From assembly GCA_012295275.1 (NCBI GenBank), contig CM022671.1:2232001-2296000 (forward strand): DNA of 64,000 bases. Direction: 5' to 3'. The notes beneath the pieces are model-generated. The model was given only the letters and a program-made list of their open reading frames with translations. It was not told the origin of the DNA and did no database searches. The position numbers and the translations under genes were made by a program. The number at the start of each line of letters is the position of its first letter. Positions within the stretch are counted from its first letter, which is position 1. Below are positions 35,670-53,818 of this stretch, piece after piece. Source of the DNA: Chrysomallon squamiferum. Lineage: Eukaryota > Animalia > Mollusca.

Positions 35670-38222
35670 GTCTAGATGTTTTGCTGTTTTCTTCTTTTCT
35701 TCCTTTCTTTATTTAATTTAGACACTTTCAAGAGACAATAGGCCCTGTTTTCTTTTTATGCTTTTATTTATTTATTTATTATTATTTTTATTATTATAGT
35801 TTTTATAATTATTAGTACCTTTATGTTGTTGTTGTTGTTGTTCAAAACAAAAAGTAGGAAGAAAAAACCCCATTAGATTAAGAAGATTTTATACAAAGTC
35901 CAAGTTCATATATATATAAAATTAAATAAATAAATAAATAAATAAAGTAGTCAAGAAAAGATGAAGAAGGTAAGACTAAGAAGGAAAAATAAGATAGCTC
36001 TTGCACTCAAAAATAGCATTCAACTGAATGAGCATTTAACAGGTTTAAACAGAAGAAGAAATAAAAATATATATATATATATATATCTATCCTCATCCAG
36101 ATGTATTAATAGTTTGTTAAGTTCAAAGTGCCTTTCTGTAAGTGAAGTAGCCAGCATGTTCACCTTTAATACGTGAAATGTAGACAGAGCTCATTGAAGA
36201 TGTGTATCAAGCCTGTGAGTATTCAGTAATTTTAATAACAACTACCTTCATTCTGTGTATTCACAATTATCTCCCTTTAAAATTAATAAAAATATATTAA
36301 GTACAGTTTTGTACATGTGGGTTGTCTGCTTTTACATTTTAATTTTGTTATTATTTGCTTGTGATCTTTAGTATGCATCTACCCACAGACAAGAATGTAT
36401 ATAACTCACAATGATGATCTCACAGTTACAGTAATTGTTAAATGCCTAGCAAACAACTTTAATGTCTGCAACAACAGCAACAAAAAATTAAAGTTTTGTG
36501 TAAAAGTAAATAGAATAATAATTTAAAAAGAAAGAATAAAAAAGAATGAAAGAGAGAAAAAAGAACAACACCTAACAAACAAACTAGTTAAATAAGTAAA
36601 GATAGTATTAGAGAGTTCGAAAAGACACTATAATTATCAAAGAGTTTATCACAGTTTAATAAATCTAATATATCAAACAAGAAATATCTGCAGGTTAAAA
36701 AAACCCCCCAAAACAGTTATATTAAAAGAAATGGATAACGAAAATGCCTATTTTTATATAAACACTGAATAATGACCTATGATAATGACAGAAACTTTGT
36801 TGATGACATTCCCTACTGTCAGTGGTTTCGTCTCCGGGAAAAAAAAAATGTTAATAATATACAAATAAAATTATAATAATATTAGCAAAGAGAAATATTT
36901 TTAATAATTGGCAAAACCAGAATGCCTAAATTTTTTAACCCCCCTCATTTAACAACTGTTTTAATATGTGATCATGGATTGTTACTGACACTTTACTCTC
37001 TAATGATATTTATAAGTGGAAGTTAAAAGATAGTTATTGTGAAGGAACAGCATTTTATTGTAACCATAATAAAAACAACAATAAGAACAATAGCAATACT
37101 AATAACAAAAATAACAATAATAATGATATATGTAATAATTGTGTTGGTAGTAGAAGTAGCAGCAGCAGTAGTAGTAGTAGTAGTAATAGTGGTAGTAGTA
37201 GTAGTAATTTAATTTATACAAGTATTAATAGTAGTTAGTGTTAGTAGCTGTTATGGTAGTAGCAGTAGTGATAGTGATGGTAACAGCTGTATTATATATA
37301 GCTGCAATAATAACAGTGGTAACAGTGGTTGAGGTAATGGTTTAATAGCACAAGTATTTGTAATAACAGTAGAAGTAGTAGCTGAAATAGTAGTAATAAT
37401 GGTATTAGTATTAGTAGTATAGTAGTAGTAGTACTAATTGTAGTAGCTGCAGAAATAAAATTAATAATAAAGATTTGTATTTTTATGTTTTATTTATTTT
37501 ATTATTATTTTATTGCAGAAACACATCTAAATTAGAAACTGTTCCATTCCAAAACACTGTTCACATCTGCCACTGTCGTATCACTTTCGACATTTCTCAA
37601 AACTTTTTCCAAAGCAAATATCTCTGAAATCTCCGGGTTTCCATTTTCCATGACAACTCTTACTGCACCTGAATTTTCGGGAATCTCATGTTTATTTAAG
37701 TATTATTATTATTTTTTTAAATCTTTCTCAAAGGTATTTGTAAAAGTACAATAAATTATTGAAAATATCCTTCATCATTGTTTCAAAATATAACTGGGTT
37801 TTTTTCTGGTATTTTGACATGTGTAACGTATCTGTTTTACCTGTTTAAAATACACACAGAACAGCTATATCCAAAGTAAGCATTTCTTCCTAGTTGACAT
37901 GGGTTATTTTTAGACACACAAAGTGCACTTATCTGCAAAAACAATACAAAAGCTACAATATTACATATATTAGTAGGTCCACATGTTAATTTTATACTAT
38001 TAATTATAGTACAGTGTGTATGTGTGCATGTAAATTGTACAATATGATTATACTTATAGTGTTGTTGTTTTGTAGTTGTTTCGGATATACATGCCTACTT
38101 TTACTAAAAAATAAATTAAAAATCACTATAAACAGAAATTACAGAATACAAAATTCAAATTCATGATAGTTTCCTTTCACCTTTTTTCTTACTTTATCTG
38201 TATATATAATGTTATTTTATAC

Positions 38223-38305
38223 CTTTCCAGCTTCCGCATTTTCATTTTTAAATTTTCACCAAATGGGATTTCTATCCAAAACAGTGACAAAAAGACTGCT
38301 TGTAT
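38223..38305 (-). pseudogene. GTF2H3: Degenerate exon resembling the N-terminus of TFIIH p34
   Basis: TSSLFVTVLDRNPIW*KFKNENAEAGK|gtata vs recalled human LNLLVIVVDANPIWWGK; TGA at 38256-38258 replaces the second Trp. A weaker match (VVIKITEYSQA*Y) lies at ~36150-36260 minus. Confidence 0.55.
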
Positions 38306-39539
38306 TTATAATATAATAAACAGTTAATATTAATACTATATTGCACATACAGGTGAATTATATATTGATGCATATCGCCCATAATTAACAATTACATCTG
38401 CTTAATGAAATGTAACAATAACTTCGTTTTTGTGCCTAGTTTACTTACTACAAAATCACTTCTCCCAGAGAAACGGAACAAAAAAGCTATCAACTGGCAT
38501 TCTGTCATTGCTTAATCTACATGGGCAGCGTAACAATGACTAAATAGGGGACGTTATGTCCCACCCTGATTCCTGACGAAATGCCACCACATGTAATTTT
38601 ATTTGGATAAAAAAAAAATGTATAAAACAAAACCATAAAGTGGATAAACCCAAAAACGTTTAGAAGTGAAATAGAAAATATAATGAAGAAACGTAGTTAC
38701 GTAGGGTTCTAGCTTATACTTTTCATAGTTTATACTGATAGGTTATAAATAATATAATATATTAATATTTAATTGTCGTTTATGATGTCTTGTAAGTTGT
38801 AAAATTATAGAATCATAGAAATGCTTTTATTAAACCTGCTGAGAGCTTTTAATGCAAAATGACAGTAACAGTAACACCGATATTCACTGTTCATCTGTTA
38901 CTTCCTGTTCATTCTGTTGTCACAGGAGTAGGCAGTGATGCCGCTGTATGACAGTGCCGTATACACCGTATTGACCACAAATATTTTACAGAATACAGGA
39001 TGTGGTCCTTAAATCTGTTTAATGTAATCAAATCATATAATCAGTTTATTAGTAGTATTTGTACCAGATACATTTGAATGATTATGAAAAAAAATCCATC
39101 AATAATATATTTTTTTCAACAGTAATAGTCAGAATTGGCAGTTATAATTTTTTCTCTGTATTTTGTTGGAGGATATGATTTGTTTTGTTGTAATTATCCA
39201 ATACATTTTGTTTTTCTATTAATTTCCTTAGTGCCACATACTGACATAGCATCATTAAGATATAGATATCTTGCAGCCTGTATGCACAGAATATAATTAT
39301 GGGTTAATATCAGGTTACATTAAAGGACAAATGAGAATAGATTATTGGCAAAGTTGTTATATTAGTCTTATTTCTTTTGAACATTTTAAAACATTTTATT
39401 CTACATCATCTGTGCACATCTTCTATGAATCCAAACAGGTACAGGTATATTTCCTTTTTAATATGAATCATGATAATATGACTTACCTATTTTAACAAAC
39501 AACAACTATAGTATTATTTTCTTTAAAACTGTATTTCAG

Positions 39540-39730
39540 ATATACCAAGTTAATCAAAGATAACCCAAACATGTCATTAAAACTCTTCTCAAATTTATTG
39601 AAGTAAATAAAGGTAATTTGTTTCACTAAACAAAGAGGCACCTGTAGGAAAAACAATTTTTGCTTCCCTTGTCACACATTCAGTTAAATATTTTAATAAT
39701 ACTAGAGAAAACAAAAGTACCTGTAACAAC

Positions 39731-39764
<34 letters not shown>

Positions 39765-41028
39765 CAGTTGAGACATTAGCTGAGATGAGAGCTCGACTGA
39801 AGGATGCTATAAATACCCTGAGTCAAACAGAAAGCAGTGTCACATCAATTTCATCTGGATGTGAACTCTTCTTAAGATTTATCACACTGGCAAATCTTCA
39901 GCATTCAGTAAGTATTGATTCTATCAAACAAGCCTTCCAATAAGATCTACACATTAAGGAGCAAGTCTGAAACTTTAATTTCAGAGGCTAAAATAATATA
40001 TTATTATTTTCTGATTCACTGACTAATCTGAATGAGTTATGTAAGATATATGCTATTTTTGGATCTGTTTATGAAATAAAAAAAAATATTTTCAGTGAAA
40101 GATGTTGCTGGTAATATCTTACTGTGAATTTTAGCATATTGCATCCTTAGTTTCCCATTAAAATTTCAACCCTGTATTCCACAAGTAATTTATCAAAGGT
40201 ACATATTTTACTGTCTGTGAGAAGTAACATTTAAAAGAGTTTTGGTGCAGAGAGTTTTAGTTAAGTGTTGATAAGTACAGTTAAGAAGTAGAATCATGTT
40301 TATTATTACTGAAAAGTTTATCAGAATCAGGTCAGTTTATTTCTGGCATAGTGGAATGAATACAGGTTGAAGATTCCTTATCTGAAATGTTTTGGAATGG
40401 ATGTGTTTTGGATATTTGAATTTTTCAGATTTTGGAATATATGATACATAGAATAAGATCTAAGTATGATCATGAAATCTACTGATATGTAATACACAGC
40501 TAATACAAATAGTTGGCAGATATTTTAATATTTAATCCTTATAATTTGTGCATGCTTAGTCATGCAAAATTATAATGTATCTAAAAGCCTCAGAAAACAT
40601 TTATGTTTTGGATAAGAAATCTGCAATCTTTGTTAGGTTTATCATTTAAATGTTCCTCTGTTTTATCTATGTTCTGTTGAAAGAAGACATAATAAACTGA
40701 TCCATTAATTTTGAAATTACTAATTTTGTTCTTGTTTACTGTAAGTTAACTGTAAAATACATTTATTTGTTATGCCATTTAACAAGTTTTTTATTGTTGT
40801 AAGATAATGTATATCATAATTACACACACACACACACACACTTACACACACATAATAATTTATAATTATTTTAGAGATCTCTTTATTTAATTACATTGAT
40901 TTCTGTTTTAGGATTTTCAAGAATGTCAAAAGTTTCTGGTACTGCAAGGGAATTTATTTCTTCAAAAAGTTGCAAGTTCCCGTCAGAAGATTGCCAGATT
41001 AGCTCATCCATTTATTACAGATGGAGCA
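39540..41028 (+). pseudogene. EIF2B1: eIF2B alpha partial gene: exons 39540-39612 (damaged), 39768-39907, 40912-41028; cut off by the N gap
   Basis: ETLAEMRARLKDAINTLSQTESSVTSISSGCELFLRFITLANLQHS|DFQECQKFLVLQGNLFLQKVASSRQKIARLAHPFITDGA matches eIF2B-alpha. The upstream 73-nt exon has LIKDNPNMS and IKTLLKFIEVNK in different frames, with the conserved AVAA segment missing. Confidence 0.88.
40363..40632. mobile_element. Tigger/pogo-like (Tigger4/MER46-type ends) MITE in an EIF2B1 intron
   Basis: ta|caggttgaagattccttatctgaaatg left end and a degenerate ttttggataagaaatctgcaatct right end. Confidence 0.6.
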
Positions 41029-41307
41029 GTAAGTTATCTCCCCCTTGCTTGTAATCATAAATTATATTCAGGCCTTAAATATCAATATAAATGTAATTCA
41101 TACTTAAATTTAAAAGTTCTAACATCCAAAATCCCTTTTAACTATATACAAAGACACACAATTACAATTGATAATATAGTGTCCATGAATTTATTTAATG
41201 GAAAATTGTCTGTACTAACCAGATATAAATTATTCAAGTATCCTTCTACACCAGCAATCTTTTTAAAATAATCTTCACACACATACACACACACACACAC
41301 ACACACA

Positions 41308-41507
41308 NNNNNNNNNNNNNNNNNNNNNNNNNNNNNNNNNNNNNNNNNNNNNNNNNNNNNNNNNNNNNNNNNNNNNNNNNNNNNNNNNNNNNNNNNNNNN
41401 NNNNNNNNNNNNNNNNNNNNNNNNNNNNNNNNNNNNNNNNNNNNNNNNNNNNNNNNNNNNNNNNNNNNNNNNNNNNNNNNNNNNNNNNNNNNNNNNNNNN
41501 NNNNNNN
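41308..41507. other. Assembly gap (200 N)
   Basis: Exactly 200 n; a round size suggests a scaffolding placeholder of unknown true length. Confidence 0.99.
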
Positions 41508-41971
41508 CAATAAAAATACAATAATCATTCTTTGATAGCTCACATTAAATCACTTAATGAAACAGCTGCTTGAACTGAACAACAGTTTTACTTAAGAACA
41601 CATTTGTACAATGAAGTAAAAAAAACACACGAAACACTGGAAGTGAGTGTTCACTGACCCATCCTTGCTCTTTAATCTACTCTTTCGTTCAGGCTGTTGT
41701 TGACCTTTGTTAGTCTGTGAGCGAGAGTCCTAAATTTCGAGTCTGAATTTCAAATCTAAAATGAATTTCCAATGAAGTGTTCAAAATCAACTGATGGACA
41801 TTTCAGTTAGTATTTTTCTGTTCTTTTGGCAAAAATATTTTAAGATGGCTGTTCGATTCTTCTTGTGCTCCATAGTAACTATAGTTGAAATTGCTAACCT
41901 GATGACAATATGCACTGTGAGTAGAACTAAAGACACTACTTTAATTTCAGAAAGCAGTGTTCTCAGCGAGG

Positions 41972-43289
41972 ATGACGTTTAGAAGACGTGTACGTACTGC
42001 GCTAACTCTGCTAGTGTGTGCCACTGCTCTTAATGTGCTGATATTCACACATCCTTATAGTGATTCGGTATCCATGTTTACATCAAAGATACACGAACCG
42101 TTCGACTCTTCGGCAAAACGAAATATACTGCAATCTGATATAAAGATGTTAAAATTGTTGGCCACCAAGTTGAACAGAGAGCAACAGGTTAAGAATTTGG
42201 ATAAATTTACAATCAACTTGAATAAAGATTCTGTCATTATTCTTGTTCAGGTTCACGATCGAGCAGAAACCTTGAGCCTGCTCGTGGAATCTCTTCGTAA
42301 CGTGCTGTACATTAACGAATCTCTGCTCATATTTAGTCACGATGTCTACAATGAAGAGATATTCGATATAATCCAAGCAATAGATTTCTGTCTCTTTATG
42401 CAGATATTCTATCCCTACTCTATTCAGATATATCCCAAGAGCTTCCCAGGCGACCATCCGAACGACTGTTCTTCAACTAGCAGTCAGACAGCTGCAGTGA
42501 ATCTGAACTGTAACAATGCCTTATATCCAGATACATTTAGCCATTACCGGAAAGGCTGTGTCTCTCAGATAAAACATCACTGGTTGTGGAAAATCCATTT
42601 TGTGTTCGACAGAGTAAGGCTATTACGTGAATTTAACTGAACTGTGCTGCGTTTGGAAGATGATTATTATTTAGCTGATGACGTTATTTATTTTATTCGT
42701 AATCTCAATGAGCTGAAAAAAGAATGGTATCCTTCTGTCAAGATGTTCAGTATGTGGAGTAACGAAGATATTTCTGAAATGGTGTTTACGTCAGCATCGC
42801 ACATGGCTAAAGTGCAGTTATACTACCCAGGAATCTTTGGTGGACTCGCTTTTTCGTGAGAGTTTTGGGACATACTGAGATCGTGTGCGAAATACTTTTG
42901 CACGTTTGATGATTACAACTGGGACTTCAGTCTGCAGTATGTCTTGAAGGCTTGCCTCAAAGATAATCTTAAAATTTTAACTTCTATATCCAATCGAATT
43001 TTCCATATTGGCAAGTGTCATGGTATTCACAGAAATGTGACCAATTGCAGTGTTGAGGACACTGTAAATTTTGTAAGAAAAATTCTAAAACATTACAGGT
43101 CAAACCTCTTCCCTAGATACATTTATAACATTATATCAAACTACCAACCTTACGGGAGGGTATGGAGGGTGGTCAGATCCACGTGACCAGATGCTGTGCA
43201 TGAGTATGATGACCAACGTCACCAATGGCGACGACAAATTTCTTACAAAAATACACAAGACCCTGGGAAACAATAATTTAAACATCTGA
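41972..43289 (+). pseudogene. MGAT2: MGAT2 copy with intact N-terminal type II anchor but disrupted catalytic domain
   Basis: MTFRRRVRTALTLLVCATALNVLIF start. Premature TGA at 42638-42640 (GGA in left copy) and 42857-42859 (CGA in left copy), plus a frameshifting deletion near 43130. Confidence 0.92.
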
Positions 43290-43379
43290 ACTTTAAATGC
43301 AGTGTAACAATTCTTCACAAGCAAGTTGCATTAAAGAAAAAGGACTTTATAATGAGCAATAATAATAATGATGATGATG

Positions 43380-43418
<39 letters not shown>

Positions 43419-43614
43419 TTATTGTTGTTGTATCATTTTATTCTCGTGTATACTTCATAGTGAGACAGATATTTTTAGTTTTGTGCCTTTATATATATTT
43501 TTTGTTATTGTTGCTTTATTTATATAATAATAATTGATTTTCAGATTTAAAGCTCTGACAGTATTGCAAGAAAGACAGCCTTTGTGAAAAAAAAAAAGAA
43601 AAGAAAAGACATAT

Positions 43615-43660
<46 letters not shown>

Positions 43661-43686
43661 GTAATAATAGTAATAATTTTTGAACA

Positions 43687-44549
43687 ATGGAACTACAAAC
43701 TCTATGGGCATTCATTATTGAGTGTGAAAAAAGAAGAAGAAAAAACATAAAATAATAATAATAATAATAATAATAATAGTAATAATAGTAATAATTTTTG
43801 AACAACGGAACTACAAACTCTATGGGCATTCATTATTGAGTGTTTCGGAAACTGCATGGTGACTTTTCTAACGCTTTGCAAAACGAAAGTTTCTCCAGCT
43901 GTTTACAATATGCCGCTTTACGTGTTCGACATCATCTTCGCGATTTCTTTGTGTTATTCTGTGAGACAGCTGCACGTCTTCTGTTCTGAACGTCGTTGTA
44001 GTGATAACATCAGCACAGTCTAATGTCTGTAGAATCTACTATTTGACTGTTACTGAATCCGCTCTGGAACGTCTTACAACTAAAACGTTTTATGTTCAGT
44101 TTAACAAATCATCTCTGATCATCTGTATATGCGGAATTGCGTCATTTGTGGTGATTCTTTCCACGTTCCGTAACTCTGAAATCTTATTTTACAGATTTAT
44201 GATAATCCAGTCACTGTTTATTCTTCCACTATCTGCTGAATCGTGTTTGATATTTCGTGTTAAACAGCTTTGCGGGGAGATAATCCTTGCAATGCCTACC
44301 TATGATAAACAATTACTTTCTACGATAAAGTACGTTATATGTGCGACTTTGCTGTCTTTTCTAATATATTCTATATTCTCCGTTGTTCTGATTTTTGAAC
44401 ACATTTATCCCAAAGAAGCAACCAACGAATTAGCTGTAATTATCATTGCTGCATCCGTTCTGAAATGCATTTCTAACTTGATTGTCTATGTTTTGACTAT
44501 CAACTGCACAAATCGTGTAAGAAAAATGGTAATCTGCGACGGATTATAG
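43687..44549 (+). pseudogene. Intronless class A (rhodopsin-like) GPCR, degenerate
   Basis: FGNCMV (TM1, 18 nt deleted vs left copy), LYVFD (TM2 LxxxD), ALERL (TM3 E/DRY-like), ISNLIVY (TM7 NPxxY-like). Frameshift before the 44001-44549 ORF. Start region duplicated (ATG 43687, ACG 43805). Confidence 0.7.
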
Positions 44550-45881
44550 AACATTTTTACATATACACTAACTTAAAACGAAAAGAATAAACAGTTAATT
44601 AGACACGTATTTTTTTATTTTTGTTTTATTTTATGTTTTATTAATTTATAAACAGCACATCAAAGTAATGCCTAATATGAATAAAACGATTCTCTACATT
44701 TGTATAATCAGTCTAGAGACAAGATAAGAATCCAGAGCACATAAACTATGTATAGATATAAATACTAAATAAATAACAAAATAAATAGAAGACTTAACTC
44801 AAATGAATTTGATAAATATGCAGACACACACACAGACACATATAGATGTAAATGTATTTATTGATACAAAAAACCAGCAACAGCAGATGATATTTACAAG
44901 TGTGTACATTAGCGAAAACTTAAACTGAAGCACATATCCAGAAATAAACACAAAATTCATATATTTTCTGATTTATAAACTTGGCACAACGTAATTAATT
45001 CGTACTAGTCTTAATAGCTCTAAACGTTGAGTAATATATTTTAAATCACAAACATTCAGAAAAAAGTCGCTTTCTTTAAAACAAACATATATTTTTGGAT
45101 CTGTATATAATCGAACAAGGATAAGTTGAACACTGATTTCTCGAGAAACAGAATACCATTTACAAAAAGTTTAAAGTTACTTCTGTTTAATTGCTGACTC
45201 AGAGCTTAAAAGAACAGTTTGAAAATAATTTTCATTGGAAACATATATAAATAGTTCTATTTAAGAACTATTTTGGAGGCTGAAACGATATCAATATACT
45301 TGAATCTACTATTCTTGAGAGCAGTGAGTTGAGAACATTTTTATATTAGTTAGGATTACAGAATAAATAAAATAACTGGTTACTTCATATATATATACAC
45401 ACACATACATACATACACATATATCCATTTCTGAATGTACTTCTCTAATGTAAAAATATTTAAATTCATAACTTGTCTTGTATTTATAAATTAAAAAATG
45501 CTTCATCAAAATCTATCTATGTAACACATATTATGCTATAAACACGTCATTATTATTATTTATTTTATTCGAATATAAAACATCTATCAATTTGTCTCTC
45601 TATGAATTTATTCCTATTAAAAGAGTTCCTTTCATAATGTCCTGAATCCAGCCGTCTTCGGATGTCAAGTAATGCATAATATGCACAATATTCCATTAAA
45701 TATTTTTCGTTTTTCTCATATTTATAGATTATGTACTGATAGCAGTCAGTACTTCAGATATATGTGAAATTATCTTAGCTCTTTTAAATCCCAATATTAA
45801 CATCATCAAAACAAAACAAACATCAAAGGATTCCAACTTCATTTCAGTCTTCTCCTTTATTCTACCATATTCTTCTGAAAG

Positions 45882-50941
<5,060 letters not shown>

Positions 50942-53776
50942 GTTTTTACACCTTTTCTTCAAACTCCTGGAACAATAAAATATCAAGAAGTGAAAAATGT
51001 CTTACTGTTAACTTATATTTATTTATTTATTATTATTATTTTTTTAATTTGTTAAATTTGTTAATATTATTCATTCATTCTTTCGTTCATTTTAGTCTCG
51101 GAATTGTATCGATTAGTTACATTTGATTGTAAATGTTATTTCCTTAGTTTCAACTTCCGTAACCTTTTATTTGATTACCAGTTTGATTCCCAGTTTGTTT
51201 AAATTAAATTTTGTTGGTGTCTATGATCTCATGAAATGACTTGTAATTTTAATTACTTGCTAATATCTACTGTCTTCTAATAATTAAATTATATTGTTTA
51301 TTAAAGTGCCACATGACAGTAAAACAGTTCATAATATTTATTTACATTAAATAATATTATAAAAAGAAGGTAGTCGTTGAGAAGAATAATACCAAATGTA
51401 AAAGTAAACAAATAAATAGGTAATTAAAACTACAGCTTAATATTAAATAAGGATCCCCTTGCGCCTTTCAAAAGATTATCGTTCATAGAGCAATATAGTA
51501 AAAATGGAGTTTATAATCATTAACACTTAGAAAAATTAAAGAAATATTCTGTCAGTAGGAGGCCTATTACCTCTTCCTGTTTCAAAATAATTATATTAAA
51601 GGGAGGTTAACAGTGTTAAACACCGATAAAACTTTAGAAATAACTATTTGACTATATAATTCAGGATACAAATAATGTATTATATATTCATAAAATCTTA
51701 ATTTATTATCATTTAACTGACTTCTCTAAAACATTAAATCAATCTTTTTTCGTCGTTTCTATTTTAAATGTCCTTCAAATTAATCCTTCTCACTATATGT
51801 TTTCTGTGATATCTGCTTACATTGTCTTGTTTGGGGTATTTTGCCAGCATGACTTCTCGAAACAAACCATTTTATTACATTCTTTATTAGATACTGTCAT
51901 TGCGTTCGAATCACTTTAATAGTTTACACTAATCTTGTCATAAAATAATCAGTCAGAACTGTTGGAAATAAATTCAGTACTTTTATATCTTTCAAACAAA
52001 TCTAAGACGAAGTTTTTCTTTATGTAGCTTGTTTATCTCTCTGTCAATATATAGGGTCTACATTACTAAGAACATATATATAAATAAGTATGAATAGTTC
52101 CTCTTGGAATTTATTCACTGATGTGTATCATGCGCTGTGTAAACAGTGACCCAAAGGTTTAATTAATTTGACAAATCAGTTCTTATGACATCATTCTAAG
52201 AAATACTTTCGTATTTAAAATAAAAGGTTTCCTTGTTGAATCTTTAATATCAGAGACAGAAAAGAAAGAAACAAATAATTATGTAATATCATCTACGTGA
52301 CTATCGGGATGAATCAGTACTCTTGTGTAAAGTTTTAAGTCCTAGCTTTACAAATTTGACTTTATATATATGTACAGGCATATGTATGTGTATCTATGTA
52401 TGAATGTGTCCTTATTAAATAAAGCGACTGAGAACATATAAAAAAATAGTTTAAAAGAAAACAGACGACAGTATAATTATATTTACATACTAGTTGTACA
52501 GACACACACAGACACAACACGTATTTATTTTATCATCAGATCTGTAAACTGTAATGTATAAGACATTTTTAAATTAGTTTTAATATAAAAATTCTGCTGT
52601 AGTCAATGCAATTAATAATAATAATAATAATAAAACTTATATAAGGCAGAAACAGAAACAAATTGCTTTATATACGATGATATTAAGTTCAAAGAAGCTG
52701 AAATAGATGATATAACACTTAAGTTTTAAGTAGAATAGTAAAGTTAATCTAAATGTTTTACCTCCGTATATGTATATAAATCCAAACAGGTATATTCCTC
52801 TGACGAACTAACCAGCTAACGTCGTTGTGTTTTGTTTCTTTCCCACTGTTTTTTTGCTGTTTTCCACTCAGATCCTGGTACCAGTGTAATCATTTAATCT
52901 TTCTACTTACGACACACAATAAAACAACTGTTCAGCGCATGTCACAGTGAGCTTAGTAACGAACAATAGCAGTGAAACTTGAGCACAAGAAAGACTTAAC
53001 TAACAATGTCTATTTCTTTACGTAGACGGAGATCTGTATTTGTATATCACTGGTATGAAAAAGATTGGAAACAAAGACACGCTCAGCCCCGTAGTTTTAA
53101 GAGAAAAAGACTACGAAAGGCTTGCTTCACAGCGGCTTCCTCTGATAAACACGTTAATTTGTTTCTGTCAGTTAAGAAGCCAAAGCTGACATTTTTCTTG
53201 GTGTATATATGCACATATAATCCGTAACGAAACACCTAACAAAAGTCATTTGTGTATTATTAGTTAGCGTTACGACATACGTATGTTATAACGTCTACAG
53301 ATGACAGAGTTTTGTTTTGTTCCTTTTTTAAATTAATATTATAACAAATATAAAAATTGTACGTGTTAGAAATAGTATATTTCTTGTAACGTTTTTTGTT
53401 GTCGTAGTTGTTGTTTTTAAATATATCAGTAAATAAATAAATATAAGAATGAAATACAAATTCACATAAGAAAAAACTTTCAGTTGACAATTTACTTATT
53501 TTCAGGATAATAAAGAAGTAAAGAGAAAGGAAGGAGAGAGAAGAAATAACGAAAAAACACACATTTACTTGTGTAAATATCTGGAATAAAAAACAGTTAC
53601 AATATAATAGAGAAGCACAAATGAGTAAAGAAAGAAAGATTAAAGATGAACAAAGAATTTTAATTAATTTACAAGACTTCTAAATACAAAACTTCCATTC
53701 ATATTATGTATTACACTGATTGTTTGTCATATTAACGTATATAAATGAATAAATAAAGAAAGAAAGAAAGAAATGA

Positions 53777-53818
<42 letters not shown>

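Noticed and set aside
37842-37932. GYSCSVC as the GTF2H3 C-terminal zinc finger (GYVCSVC)
   Set aside because: Wrong position relative to the N-terminal exon, flanks do not match, and it fits the local EGF pattern YFGxSCS equally well.
41142-41543. ORFs spanning the N run
   Set aside because: Artefacts of the assembly gap.
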